DNA of 61,551 bases, filler included, from 5 parts of 5 records of this genome joined end to end with filler, not necessarily neighbours in it; one strand, 5' to 3'; counted from the whole stretch's first letter, positions 28,194 through 38,717 are shown. A program made the numbers and translations. Notes: a model not told the origin generated them from the sequence alone.

Positions 28194-30263
28194 ATGTCCG
28201 ACCAACTCAAGACACTGTTGCGACGCGGGTTGAGTGCGCATGAGGGCAATCGCCCGGAAGAAGCCGAAAAGATCTATCGCCAAATCCTTGATATTTCCCC
28301 GGCCAATGCCGAGGCCGAACATCTTCTGGCAACGCTTTTAACCAGTCAGGGCCGCAATGGCGAAGCCATAGATCTGTTTGAAAGCTGTCTTTCAAGTGTC
28401 GGGGCCAATCCGGCAGCGCGGTGCAATTATGCCATTGCGCTTGAAAGTTCGGGCCAGATTGAAAAGGCAATTGATCAGTTTAAACAAGCGATTAGTTACC
28501 ATGGGGATTTTCCGACCGCGCTTTATCACCTTGCCCGACTTGAAATACCGCGAGGGCATTTGGGGCAAGCGGTTGATCTTCTGGGGCGACTTCTTGGACT
28601 GAAGCCGGATCATTTCGAAGGCCTGTTACTGTTTGGCAATGCGCTTCATGCCTTGGGGCAGGAAAAAGCCGCCCTGATGTCACTTGATCATGCCGCCGAG
28701 GCCGCAGGGATTACCCCGGACATGATTTGCCGGGTTGCAACGGCACATCTGCGTCTTGGCTATCCCGCGCCAGCACAGGGACTTTATCAACGTGCACTCA
28801 GCATTGATGCCAAGTTTGTTCCGGGCCTGCGCGGACTTGGCCAATCTCTTGCCCATCAAGGTCAGTATGCCAAGGCGATTGCGTTGCTGAAGACCGCCCG
28901 GCAACTTGCCAAAAACACCGATGACATTGATCTTGTTCTGGCCGATATCACGCTTAAATGCGGGGACGTTTTTGGCACCATCGAGATCCTTGAAGCGGTT
29001 CTGAAAGCAAATCCGGACAATGCGATGGCCGATGCCCTGTTGTTGCGCAGCAAGGCGAAACTGGCATCGGGCGACGGTACGGAATTTGCAAAAGAAGCCA
29101 AGAACTGGGCAAAGCATCACATGCCGATCGCCGCAAAGCCGGTATTTGCCAATACGCGGCAATCGGACAAGCGATTGCGGGTCGGCTGGATATCGCCGTT
29201 TTTCTGTGAACATCCATCCTTTAAACTTCTGGGATCGCTTGCCCGCAACCTGAACCGGCATGAAGTTGAACTGTTCCTGTATTCCGCTACACCGCGCCCG
29301 GATGACGTGACAAGATCCTGGCAGGTTATGGCCGATGGCTGGCGCGAAGTTTTCGGGCAGGACCCGATGCAGATCGCTGATCGCATCCGCAAGGACAAGA
29401 TCGATATTCTGATTGATCTTTGCGGCGCCCATCCGACCCAACCGATTGAAGTGTTCGCCCTGCATGCCGCCCCGGTTCAGGCAAGCCTTTCCCCCACCAC
29501 GACCGGCATGACGCAGATCGATTATCTGATCGGTCACAAGGAAGTTTTCAGCGGGAAGCTTGCCAATAACAAGGGCCTTTCGGAACATCCGCAGAAACTT
29601 GAACTTGGTCCGTATCTGCCCGGTGAACTTGATGATACATTTCCGGTCAGTCCGCTTCCGGCCGCCTTTAACGATGATATCGTCCGGTTTGGCTGCATTG
29701 ATAAGCTGGCCAATATCAGTGATGAAACGCTTATGTGTTTTGCCCGGATTCTTAACAAGATCACGAACAGTCGCATTGTTATTCAAGATGATGTTCTTGA
29801 GGATTCCTATGCGGCGAAAACGTTCCTTGATCGCACCCGACAGGCCGGGATCAATCGCGACCGACTTGATCTTGCAGGAACCGTTGCACCAGAAGACCGC
29901 CCAGCCCTTTTCGCCCAGATCGATATCGGGCTGGCACCATTTCCGGCCATTTGCCTTGAAAACCATTTTGAAATGCTGTGGGCGGGTGTGCCATTTGTGT
30001 CGCTTGCCAGTGACCTGCCCGGATCACGATTGGGCCTGGCGATTTTGGCCGATATTGGTCTTGGTGCTTTATGTGCCCATACCGAAAAGGGCTATGTCGA
30101 TAAATGCATCATGCTGAGCACCGATCTTAAAGCATTGGCCAGTATTCGCGAAAACATGCGCGACCGCATACGCAACGCCAAAGCATTCCATGCGCCCGCC
30201 GTCGCACGCGAATTCGAAGAATCCTGTCGCGAGATGTGGCAGAACTGGTGCCTTCGGAAATAG
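28194..30263 (+). CDS. TPR + OGT/SPINDLY (GT41)-like protein with degenerate catalytic motifs
   Basis: N-terminal TPRs; RLRVGWIS; DKIDILIDL; APVQ; LWAGVPFVSL. GGAGA RBS. Confidence 0.82.
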   Translation: MSDQLKTLLRRGLSAHEGNRPEEAEKIYRQILDISPANAEAEHLLATLLTSQGRNGEAIDLFESCLSSVGANPAARCNYAIALESSGQIEKAIDQFKQAISYHGDFPTALYHLARLEIPRGHLGQAVDLLGRLLGLKPDHFEGLLLFGNALHALGQEKAALMSLDHAAEAAGITPDMICRVATAHLRLGYPAPAQGLYQRALSIDAKFVPGLRGLGQSLAHQGQYAKAIALLKTARQLAKNTDDIDLVLADITLKCGDVFGTIEILEAVLKANPDNAMADALLLRSKAKLASGDGTEFAKEAKNWAKHHMPIAAKPVFANTRQSDKRLRVGWISPFFCEHPSFKLLGSLARNLNRHEVELFLYSATPRPDDVTRSWQVMADGWREVFGQDPMQIADRIRKDKIDILIDLCGAHPTQPIEVFALHAAPVQASLSPTTTGMTQIDYLIGHKEVFSGKLANNKGLSEHPQKLELGPYLPGELDDTFPVSPLPAAFNDDIVRFGCIDKLANISDETLMCFARILNKITNSRIVIQDDVLEDSYAAKTFLDRTRQAGINRDRLDLAGTVAPEDRPALFAQIDIGLAPFPAICLENHFEMLWAGVPFVSLASDLPGSRLGLAILADIGLGALCAHTEKGYVDKCIMLSTDLKALASIRENMRDRIRNAKAFHAPAVAREFEESCREMWQNWCLRK

Positions 30264-30277
30264 GCACCAAAACGTTT

Positions 30278-30922
30278 CTAGCGTGTGATCAAGGTGCCAA
30301 GGATATGGTCAACGGCCGATGCCAAATCATCGGCAATGAAATCCGCCTCGGACGCATCAGGCAATTGGGTTTCCTTGGCCCCGTGGCCGGTTCGAACCAT
30401 GATCGCGCGGGCTTGAACGCCATGTGCGGCACGGACGTCATTGATCCGATCCCCGACCAGAACACTTTCATTCAACGAAATCGCAAATTCGGACGCGGCG
30501 GAAACAAGCATTCCTGATCCGGGCTTGCGACAATCGCTTTCGCGGCGATATTCGCCCTCGCCCTTCATATGGAAGGGGGAATAATAAATGCCCTGCACAG
30601 ATGCCTTTTCGCGGCCCAGCATGGCGACCAGCGCCTTATGAATTTCAAGCAACTGATCTTCGTTTAGATACCCGCGCGCGACACCGGACTGGTTGGTCAC
30701 GATAATGACGGGAATGTCCGCGTCATTCAGACGTCGAATGGCGGATGCAGCCCCGTCGATCAGTTTTAGTTCTTCTACACGCGACAGATAGTGGACTTCT
30801 TCATTGATCACACCGTCGCGGTCCAGAAAAACCGCCGGCAGCAGATTGCGGCGGTCCCGAAAACGTGGGGCCGGATCAATCAAATGACGTCTGACGGTTT
30901 CTTTAGCCTGTCCGCTCATCAC
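30278..30922 (-). CDS. gmhB: D-glycero-D-manno-heptose 1,7-bisphosphate phosphatase-like HAD enzyme
   Basis: FLDRDGVIN; VTNQSG; CRKP; VGDRIND. Confidence 0.8.
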   Translation of the reverse strand: MMSGQAKETVRRHLIDPAPRFRDRRNLLPAVFLDRDGVINEEVHYLSRVEELKLIDGAASAIRRLNDADIPVIIVTNQSGVARGYLNEDQLLEIHKALVAMLGREKASVQGIYYSPFHMKGEGEYRRESDCRKPGSGMLVSAASEFAISLNESVLVGDRINDVRAAHGVQARAIMVRTGHGAKETQLPDASEADFIADDLASAVDHILGTLITR

Positions 30923-31109
30923 TGACCTTTGTTCAATTCAATTTGGGCAACAATGCCGATGCCTGCCCAAGATGACAAGATGATCTGACATACACATTGC
31001 CATTCCGCACTGCGGAAAACAAATTGGTATTACCATTATTCGCTTGCAGGAGAAGTGCCCGCCGTGACATTTTCGGGTTAAAAGCACCTGATTGAGGAAT
31101 ACGTAATCA

Positions 31110-31985
31110 ATGTTTGCCGATATTTTTGCAATTCTGGCACCGGTTTTCGTCACAACGGGACTGGGCTATTTCTGGTCGCGTGCTGGCAAACATTTCGATA
31201 CCAATCTTGTCACCTCGATTGTCACGTATTTTGCGACCCCATGCCTGACCTTTGCCGCCCTTGCCACGGTTAAGCTTGGCGGTGACACCCTGATATTGAT
31301 GGGCACAGCAGCTATTGCAGCGAATATCATCTTTGCACTGATCGGCTGGCCGATATTAAAGGTGTTTAACCTGTCGCCCCGCACATATTTGCAATCGCTG
31401 ACCTGGCCAAATGTCGGCAATGTCGGCTTGCCACTTTGCATGCTGGCCTATGGGCAGGAAGGGTTGGCTCTTTCGGTTGCGTTCTTTGCAGCATATGTTG
31501 TCATACAGCTGACCGTCGGTGTTGCCTTTGTCTCTGGTAGTTTTTCGCTTAAATCGTTGGCGAAAATGCCGATCATTCCAGCAACCCTGATCGCCATCGC
31601 CTTTTTGGCAACCGATACGGCGGTTCCGGCCTGGCTTTACAACACCACCAACCTGATTGGTCAGTTGACCATTCCTTTGATGCTGTTCACCCTTGGTGTG
31701 TCCTTGGCGAAACTGCGCCCGGTAAGCCTTGCACGCAGCACGGCGTTAAGCGTTCTGCGTCTTGCCATGGGCTTTGGCGTTGGTCTTGGCCTGTCTGAAG
31801 TTCTTGGCCTGACCGGGGTTGAACGCGGTGTGGTGATTTTGCAGTGTTCGATGCCGGTTGCAGTGTTCTGCTATTTGTTCGCACAGCTTTACAATCGCGA
31901 ACCGGAAGAAGTGGCAGGTGTCGTAATCAGTTCAAGCTTCCTTGCCGCCATCGCCCTGCCCGCACTTCTTTGGTATGTGCTTTAG
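31110..31985 (+). CDS. AEC (auxin efflux carrier) family transporter
   Basis: Multi-TM; PNVGNVGLP; PLMLFTLG; SMPVAV. Confidence 0.87.
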   Translation: MFADIFAILAPVFVTTGLGYFWSRAGKHFDTNLVTSIVTYFATPCLTFAALATVKLGGDTLILMGTAAIAANIIFALIGWPILKVFNLSPRTYLQSLTWPNVGNVGLPLCMLAYGQEGLALSVAFFAAYVVIQLTVGVAFVSGSFSLKSLAKMPIIPATLIAIAFLATDTAVPAWLYNTTNLIGQLTIPLMLFTLGVSLAKLRPVSLARSTALSVLRLAMGFGVGLGLSEVLGLTGVERGVVILQCSMPVAVFCYLFAQLYNREPEEVAGVVISSSFLAAIALPALLWYVL

Positions 31986-31994
31986 GCATCAGAC

Positions 31995-32354
31995 TTATTT
32001 CAAAATCAGACGATATGCCCCGCCATCCGGGGCATTATCGGGGCCCTTTGTCGGGTAAAAGCCGATTGCGCATTCAAAGGTCCCCTTTTTAAGGTCGGGG
32101 TCACCGTTTTCGGTTGCGCGTTCATGCACATATGCCCGACAGGCGGCAATATCTGAAAATTCTGCTTCTGAAATTTCAAGATCATTGGGTTTGGTTGCAT
32201 CTGGGGTATAGACCGCAGTGACCTTTTCCCAAGGAGCCGCATCATCTGTCCAAATCAGATCGGCAATATAGCGTTCCGGGTTGCCATAACTGACAGCGGC
32301 CAGAACCGCAATCCCGGTCGCAAGAATGGCACGGCGCCACATTCGTTTGTTCAT
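31995..32354 (-). CDS. Small exported or membrane-anchored hypothetical protein
   Basis: N-terminal basic + hydrophobic segment, two Cys, AAGGA RBS, co-oriented with dinB and thiD. Confidence 0.6.
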   Translation of the reverse strand: MNKRMWRRAILATGIAVLAAVSYGNPERYIADLIWTDDAAPWEKVTAVYTPDATKPNDLEISEAEFSDIAACRAYVHERATENGDPDLKKGTFECAIGFYPTKGPDNAPDGGAYRLILK

Positions 32355-32363
32355 TTTATTCCT

Positions 32364-32906
32364 TTAGATCCCTTTTCCGCCAAGTCCTGAAAAATCAAAA
32401 TTGCGAAAAGGTACATCAAATTCAAGATGATATTCTTCAAGTGGCGGCGGTGACTGGGCTGTGTTGCCCAGCATGACATGAACCTGCCCGCGATGGTGGG
32501 TTTGATAGACAAAAAGATGCGACAGGATGTCTGCAACGGCCTCATAGCCAACCGTGCCATCCGTCCGTTTGAGTTCAACTTCGCGAACGGCATCCTTGTC
32601 ATTAAGCTGGTCACAAAATGCCATCAATTTAAAATCGGCATCGCGCTGGGCTGCTGCCAGTTTGGCGATGTCGATATAGGGCATTTCATTGGCAAAGCAG
32701 TCTTGTCCTCGCCTGCCATTGACCAACGCATCAAGATAATACCAATCAACGGTCAATGCGTGGTTCAAGGATTCAAGGAGTGTCGGAGAAAACGCTGCCC
32801 GTTTGGTGCTGAGCTCGTGTTTGGTCAGTTTCTGACAAACATCAAACAGACGGTGATTTGACCAGGCATTGTTACGGGCCTGATGGAAGAACGAAGTTCC
32901 CGGCAT
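32364..32906 (-). CDS. DinB-family protein
   Basis: NNAWSN; SLNH; QTHHRGQ. Confidence 0.82.
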   Translation of the reverse strand: MPGTSFFHQARNNAWSNHRLFDVCQKLTKHELSTKRAAFSPTLLESLNHALTVDWYYLDALVNGRRGQDCFANEMPYIDIAKLAAAQRDADFKLMAFCDQLNDKDAVREVELKRTDGTVGYEAVADILSHLFVYQTHHRGQVHVMLGNTAQSPPPLEEYHLEFDVPFRNFDFSGLGGKGI

Positions 32907-32956
32907 GCCGCAATTATCCCAACGTTTAGCGCCCTGTCACATTCCGTCGAAGGTTT

Positions 32957-33754
32957 TCAACCGGTTACAGGATGCGCATGATTTAGCGGACCGTTTCCTT
33001 TGCCGTAATTTGGTGCGGTTCGGATGGCTTCGCGGACATATGCCCGCGCCCGTGCAACAGAATCACTTAACTCCATGCCCTGTGCCAGCCCGGTTGCAAT
33101 CGAGCTTGCAAGCGAGCAGCCCGTACCATGATTATTTTCAGACGGAATGCGAGATCCTTCAAAGCCCTCAACATCACCATCCCGACGCCACAAGATATCG
33201 ACGATTTTGGCACCCTCGGCGTGACCACCTTTTATCAGAACAGCTTTTGCACCGAGCTCGCCAATTTTGTGCGCTGCAGCAATCATATCACCTTCGTCGG
33301 TGATTTTCATACCTGATAGTACTTCGGCCTCGGGAATATTTGGTGTCAGGACCGTTGCAAGCGGGATCATGTTGTCGATCAGAGCCTGAACTGCGTCTTC
33401 CTGCAGCAACCGTGAACCGCTTTGCGATACCATCACAGGATCGACAACAATTGGAATACCTGTTGCTTTTGCCTTGATGAATTCCGCCACCGCGTTAATC
33501 ACCGGCACGCTGTGCAGCATGCCGGTTTTAATCGCGTCTGCACCGATATCATCAATTGTTACCGTCGCCTGATGGACGATCATTTCCGGGGAAATGCCCA
33601 AAACGTCAAAGACTCCGGTGGTATTTTGCACCGTCAAGGCCGTGATCGCAGTTGCAGCATATCCGCCAAGGGCCGTAACCGATTTAATATCGGCCTGAAT
33701 ACCCGCCCCGCCCGAACAATCGGACCCGGCAATAATCAAGACACGCCCCTTCAT
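32957..33754 (-). CDS. thiD: Hydroxymethylpyrimidine/phosphomethylpyrimidine kinase
   Basis: IAGSDCSGGAGIQADIK; VVDPVM; TPNIPEA; HGTGCSLA. Confidence 0.95.
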   Translation of the reverse strand: MKGRVLIIAGSDCSGGAGIQADIKSVTALGGYAATAITALTVQNTTGVFDVLGISPEMIVHQATVTIDDIGADAIKTGMLHSVPVINAVAEFIKAKATGIPIVVDPVMVSQSGSRLLQEDAVQALIDNMIPLATVLTPNIPEAEVLSGMKITDEGDMIAAAHKIGELGAKAVLIKGGHAEGAKIVDILWRRDGDVEGFEGSRIPSENNHGTGCSLASSIATGLAQGMELSDSVARARAYVREAIRTAPNYGKGNGPLNHAHPVTG

Positions 33755-33819
33755 GATCGACTTCCTTCACACTCGTACAATTTCGTTATTTTCCGGCGAC
33801 CAGTTCACTGATCAGCTGA

Positions 33820-34219
33820 TCAGCCCGCAACAGCAATGATTTCAGCGACGATGCTATCGACAATCTGTTCAACCTTGATCGCATCATCGCCTTCGGCCAT
33901 GACACGGATCAATGGTTCGGTTCCCGATTTACGGATCAGAACACGGCCATCACCATTAAAGGCCTTCTCAGCACTTGAAATGGCGTCAATCACGCTGTTT
34001 TGCGACAAGGGATCAGAGCCCGCCGCATAACGGACATTTTTCAAAATCTGCGGCAGCGGTTCAAACACGCGACTCATTTCTGAAACCCGGCCTTCGCGGC
34101 TGGACAGAACGGCAAGAACCTGCAAAGCCGCCAAAAGGCCATCACCGGTTGATGCAAAGTCAGACAAAACGATATGGCCTGATTGTTCACCGCCGACATT
34201 GCAATCAAGGGCGCGCATC
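33820..34219 (-). CDS. glmM: Phosphoglucosamine mutase C-terminal part (5'-truncated)
   Basis: [34 protein letters not shown]. Confidence 0.92.
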
Positions 34220-34319
34220 NNNNNNNNNNNNNNNNNNNNNNNNNNNNNNNNNNNNNNNNNNNNTTAATTAATTAANNNNNNNNNNNNNNNNNNNNNNNNN
34301 NNNNNNNNNNNNNNNNNNN
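34220..34319. other. Artificial contig linker
   Basis: 44 N + TTAATTAATTAA + 44 N. Confidence 0.98.
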
Positions 34320-34954
34320 CAGCACAGCAGAAATGTATAGACTGATGTGGCGACGATTCCCGGCAGCGAGATCGGCACGATCACACGCCAGAGCGCCGTC
34401 CAGCTCGAACCGCCATCGACGGCCACCGCCTCGTCCAGATCGCGCGGCAGTGTATTGAGATAGCCAGTCATCAGAAGAATGGCATAGGGCAAGGTGAACA
34501 CCAGATAGGTCAACACAAGCGCCGCATAGGTGTTGAACAGCCCGTAGGATACGACCAGTCCGAAGAACGGGATCAAAAGCGTAATCGGCGGCAGGGTCTG
34601 GGTGCTGATGAACAATGTGCTCAACACGCCCTTGCCGCGGAAATTGAAGCGGCTGAAGCCATAGGCTGCCAGAAGCGCGAAAAACACGGTGAAGATCGTG
34701 ACCAGCATGGCGACGAGGTAGCTGTTGAAGAAGAAGCGCAGCTTGACCGGATCGGTCAGGATCGCGGTATAGGCCTCGAGCGTAAACGCGCGCGGCAGGA
34801 TTGTCGGCGGCAGCGCGAAAATCTCGCTGTTGGGTTTCAGCGAACTGCCCAGCATCCAGTAAATCGGGAAAGCGGCAAAGAACAGGCCGGCGGCAAGTCC
34901 CAGATAGAGCGCCAGGGTGATCAGCTTTTCGCGTCTGCTGTTTCGTCTGCGCAT
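34320..34954 (-). CDS. Carbohydrate ABC permease (MalG-like), 3'-truncated
   Basis: FPIYWM; AAYGFSRF; EAA-loop variant LDEAVAVDG. GAGGT RBS. Confidence 0.88.
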
Positions 34955-34959
34955 CGCAC

Positions 34960-35871
34960 CTACCTCGCTTTCTGATGACGGATATAGAACAGGGTGAGGC
35001 CGATCGAGAGCAGCAGGATGGTGACGGCGCTGGCCGCGGCCTGGGATAGATCGTATTGAGCGAAGGCCAGCTTGTAGGTGTATGTGCTGAGCACTTCGGT
35101 CGCGTAGATCGGACCGCCGCCGGTGGTCAGCCAGATCAGCGGGAAAACCTGCATCGTCCAGATGAAATCCAAGAGAGAGATGCTGACAATGATCGGCATG
35201 AGCTGCGGGATGGTGATGAAAAACAGTTTCTGCGGCCCCGTCGCGCCATCGATGTCGGCGGCTTCGTAAAGGTCTTTCGGTATGCCCTGAAGCCCGGCCA
35301 GAAGGCTGACCATGAATAGCGGATAACCCGCCCAGATATTGGCGAAGGTTACAGCCTGGAGCGCGGTTTCCGTTGACGAAAACCACTGAATCTTGGAACC
35401 GATGATGCCGAGATTCATCAACACGCTGTTGACCACACCGTTCGGCTCCAACAGCAGCCGCCAGATCACCGCGATAATGACCTGAGTGAACAGCCAGGGC
35501 AGGATGTACAGCACACGCAACAGGCTTCGCAGCCATGGGCTGACCCGATCGCTATTCAGCATCAACGCGAATGTAAGGCCGAGGATCATGTGCATGATGA
35601 CGCTGACAATGGTGAAATACAGCGTGTGCCAAAGCGCTGCCCAGTAAACGTTGTCGCTGAAGATTTCTCGGTAATGCTTGAGACCCGCAAAGCGCGCGTC
35701 CGGGCGCAGCACGGCGCTTTCCTGAAAGGAATAGGCGATTACCATGCACATCGGCAGCAGCATGAGAAGCGCCACGACAACGAGCGAGGGGGACAGATAA
35801 AGATAGGGCGCTGCCTTCCGTTTGAGTTTGTAGCTCGCCATCGAAGTCGGGTTGATCATGGGCACGCTCAT
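34960..35871 (-). CDS. Carbohydrate ABC permease (MalF-like)
   Basis: LAGLQGIPKDLYEAADIDGA. Confidence 0.9.
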   Translation of the reverse strand: MSVPMINPTSMASYKLKRKAAPYLYLSPSLVVVALLMLLPMCMVIAYSFQESAVLRPDARFAGLKHYREIFSDNVYWAALWHTLYFTIVSVIMHMILGLTFALMLNSDRVSPWLRSLLRVLYILPWLFTQVIIAVIWRLLLEPNGVVNSVLMNLGIIGSKIQWFSSTETALQAVTFANIWAGYPLFMVSLLAGLQGIPKDLYEAADIDGATGPQKLFFITIPQLMPIIVSISLLDFIWTMQVFPLIWLTTGGGPIYATEVLSTYTYKLAFAQYDLSQAAASAVTILLLSIGLTLFYIRHQKAR

Positions 35872-35905
35872 CGATTTCCGGGTTTGGAGATACGCTCGGG
35901 TTTGA

Positions 35906-35933
35906 TCGGGGGCACAGTTTCATGCGCCCCCGA
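35906..35933. terminator. Intercistronic stem-loop after the SBP gene
   Basis: TCGGGGGC...GCCCCCGA inverted repeat without a strong U-tract. Confidence 0.5.
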
Positions 35934-35959
35934 ACAATCTGAAAATCAGAGTGCGGACA

Positions 35960-37207
35960 TCAGAACTCTTTGACCCAGTCGGCCTGTGCGGCCTCAGCGG
36001 TCTGTTCCGGCGTTTGCTGGCCGGCGAGCATTTTCTGGCTCTCGACTGCAAACTGGCGCATCAGGTCAACGGCGACCGGAAGCCCGGTAAATTCGTTTGC
36101 CAGATAGCCTTCCTGGAAAATTTCGAATGCCTTGGCGTAGACCTTGTCCGAGGTCACGAAATCAGGTTTTGCGTTGACGTTGCCCGGGAAAGCGTTGGCG
36201 AGAGATACAAGGCGGGCATTTACGTCTGCGCGCATCATGTATTCCACCAGCTTCCAGGCTTCTTCCTGGTTTTCGGTGGATTCGGAAATTCCGATACCCC
36301 AGGATGCATAGGGCAGGCCGCGCTTGCCTTCATACCCCTCAACCACCGGGATCGGTGCCACATCGAAGTTCAGATCGGGGTTGCGCTCGCGGATCAGGTT
36401 CACATGCGCCAGGGTGTCGACCATCATGCCGATACGCCCGTTGACGAATTCCTCGACCTTTTCCTGTTCGGTCTTGGTGGCGATGCCGGGCGAGATGACG
36501 CCAGCATCGTTCAGCGCGTTGATATAGGCGAGCATGTCGATGACCGGTGGCTGGTCAAGCGCGGGCTGTCCATTGTCGAGCATGCTTTCGCCGGATCCCC
36601 AGACCCATGACATCATGTCGTTGAGAACGCTTGACGGCGATTGCAGCGAAAGCGGCAGCGCCCAGCCGTATTTATTTTCATCGGCATTCGTCATCTTCTG
36701 CGCGGCTTCGAGAAATTCCTGCCGGGTCGACGGCAGTTCGGTGACGCCGGCTTCTTTGGCGAAGTCCAGGTTCACGAAAATCGGATAGACGAACGACGCT
36801 ACAGGCATCATGACAGACTTGCCGTCGATCTTGATGATGTCGGCAACTTCGCTTCTGTCGAAGTCGGTACTGTCCATAAGCGGTGCCATATCGGCAATCG
36901 CACCTTGCGCGGTGAGGCTGTTCACCCATGCACCGTCGAGGCCGACGACATCGCTCATCGTGCCGCTTGCAGCGCCGATCGCGATCTGATCGCGGGTCGT
37001 TGCGTAAGGGCCACTGATCAGTGTGACCTTGATGTCCGGATTTTCGGCCTCGAAATCATCCATGATGGCCCGCAGCGATCCCGGCGGAAGCTCCGGCTCC
37101 CACCATTGCGAGAACTCGAGTTCCGTTTGCGCGAGGGCGCTTGTGGTGCCAAGCAGCCATATGGCGGTCACGCCCTTCAAAAGGCTCATTTTCCCAAAGT
37201 GTTTCAT
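35960..37207 (-). CDS. Sugar ABC substrate-binding protein (family 1)
   Basis: Signal peptide ending ALAQ; DFEAENPDIKV; GGAGGAG RBS before ATG 37207. Confidence 0.9.
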   Translation of the reverse strand: MKHFGKMSLLKGVTAIWLLGTTSALAQTELEFSQWWEPELPPGSLRAIMDDFEAENPDIKVTLISGPYATTRDQIAIGAASGTMSDVVGLDGAWVNSLTAQGAIADMAPLMDSTDFDRSEVADIIKIDGKSVMMPVASFVYPIFVNLDFAKEAGVTELPSTRQEFLEAAQKMTNADENKYGWALPLSLQSPSSVLNDMMSWVWGSGESMLDNGQPALDQPPVIDMLAYINALNDAGVISPGIATKTEQEKVEEFVNGRIGMMVDTLAHVNLIRERNPDLNFDVAPIPVVEGYEGKRGLPYASWGIGISESTENQEEAWKLVEYMMRADVNARLVSLANAFPGNVNAKPDFVTSDKVYAKAFEIFQEGYLANEFTGLPVAVDLMRQFAVESQKMLAGQQTPEQTAEAAQADWVKEF

Positions 37208-37397
37208 AGTCTCTCCTCCCTTGCTGAAATAGGCCTTGCTGGCCTCGTGAATTGTGGTCCCTGGCCCTGCATCCTCCCAAATGCCCGGACTTCGACCGTT
37301 GATTGTACGCACCTCGTTTATCTTGATTTGACGGGACACTTTCAGTGTCGTTGATGTTGGCCTTTGAACCGGTTCATCATCCTGCCGGACAGAAACG

Positions 37398-38546
37398 TCA
37401 GCGAATGACGATATGGGTCTCGGGATCGAAAAAATGCAGCTTCGCGCAGTCGACGGCCACCTCGATCGAAGCGCCGGCCCTGACGTCGCTCGACGGACCG
37501 AACCGCGCGACAGCGTTCGCAAGACCTGAAAGATCGGCAACGACGTCCGGGTCACCTGAATCAACATGTATGGCATCCAGCCGCAGGTGGACCATATGCT
37601 CGGAGCCGAGCTCCTCGACATTGACAACCTCCGCCGGAATGGTCTGATAGCCGCGGCCGGTTTCCAACGTGCTGTCGTACAGATCCTCCGGGCGGATACC
37701 GAAAACGACCTTCTTTCCGTTGTAGCGCTCCAGCAATGGCAGGCGCGACAAAAGGCTTTCAGGCAGTCGCAATTCAAAGCCTGGCGTCTTCAGGACTCCG
37801 GCGTCCAGACCCGCTTCGAACAGGTTCATCGAAGGTGATCCGATAAAGCCGGCGACGAAGGCGTTGACCGGCTCGTCATAAAGGCGCTTCGGCACATCGG
37901 CCTGCTGCAATATCCCGCCCTTCATGACAGCGACGCGGTCGCCCATGGTCATCGCTTCTGTCTGGTCGTGGGTAACGTAGATGGTCGTGACCCCGAGCTG
38001 GCGCTGAAGGCTGGCGATTTCCGCCCGCATCTGCACGCGCAGTTTTGCATCGAGGTTCGACAGTGGCTCATCCATCAGGAAGGCGGCCGGCTCGCGCACC
38101 ATGGCGCGTCCCATTGCCACGCGCTGCCTCTGGCCACCGGAGAGATTGGCCGGTTTGCTGTCCAGCAGTTCCGTGAGTTGGAGGGTATTGGCGATTTCGG
38201 CGACCCGCGCCGTGCGCTCGGCCTTGCTTTTGCCGGCAAGCCGCATCGAAAACGCGATATTTTCCGAAACGGTCATATGCGGGTAAAGCGCGTAGGACTG
38301 GAAAACCATCGCGATATCGCGATCTTTCGGAGCCATGTCCACAACGTCGCGACCGCCGATATACAGGTGCCCGCTGGTGGTATCTTCCAGCCCTGCAATC
38401 ATCCTCAAAGCTGTCGATTTGCCACAGCCCGAAGGGCCGACCAGAATAAGAAATTCGCCGTCAGCGATCGATAGATTGAGATCCTGTATCGCGCGAAAAC
38501 TGTTTCCATATGTCTTGCAGATGTTGTCAAGAACGACCTCTGCCAT
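37398..38546 (-). CDS. Sugar ABC ATPase (MalK/UgpC-like)
   Basis: GPSGCGKS; LSGGQRQR; MDEPLSNLD; FIGSPSMN. Confidence 0.94.
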   Translation of the reverse strand: MAEVVLDNICKTYGNSFRAIQDLNLSIADGEFLILVGPSGCGKSTALRMIAGLEDTTSGHLYIGGRDVVDMAPKDRDIAMVFQSYALYPHMTVSENIAFSMRLAGKSKAERTARVAEIANTLQLTELLDSKPANLSGGQRQRVAMGRAMVREPAAFLMDEPLSNLDAKLRVQMRAEIASLQRQLGVTTIYVTHDQTEAMTMGDRVAVMKGGILQQADVPKRLYDEPVNAFVAGFIGSPSMNLFEAGLDAGVLKTPGFELRLPESLLSRLPLLERYNGKKVVFGIRPEDLYDSTLETGRGYQTIPAEVVNVEELGSEHMVHLRLDAIHVDSGDPDVVADLSGLANAVARFGPSSDVRAGASIEVAVDCAKLHFFDPETHIVIR

Positions 38547-38717
38547 TTCTTTCCTCCCGATACCGCAAGCGTCGCTGCGAAGCGCGGCATTTTTCGCGAT
38601 CTGTTCACAGTGTTTGCCTGCTCTGATCACGATCTCCTCGAAAAAACTATACGGTAAAAATTACAAATAGCAAAATATAAAATTACTTAATGTAAAAAAA
38701 TAAAGTCTCGAAATTCC

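Noticed and set aside
1-30922. One large glycosylation-secretion island joining both T1SS loci and the OGT-like gene
   Set aside because: They lie on three separate contigs joined artificially, possibly from different organisms.
34955-37777. Long N-terminal extensions of the permease (to 35536) and the binding protein (to 37777)
   Set aside because: They overlap upstream genes in another frame. Good RBS-ATG starts exist at 34954 and 37207.
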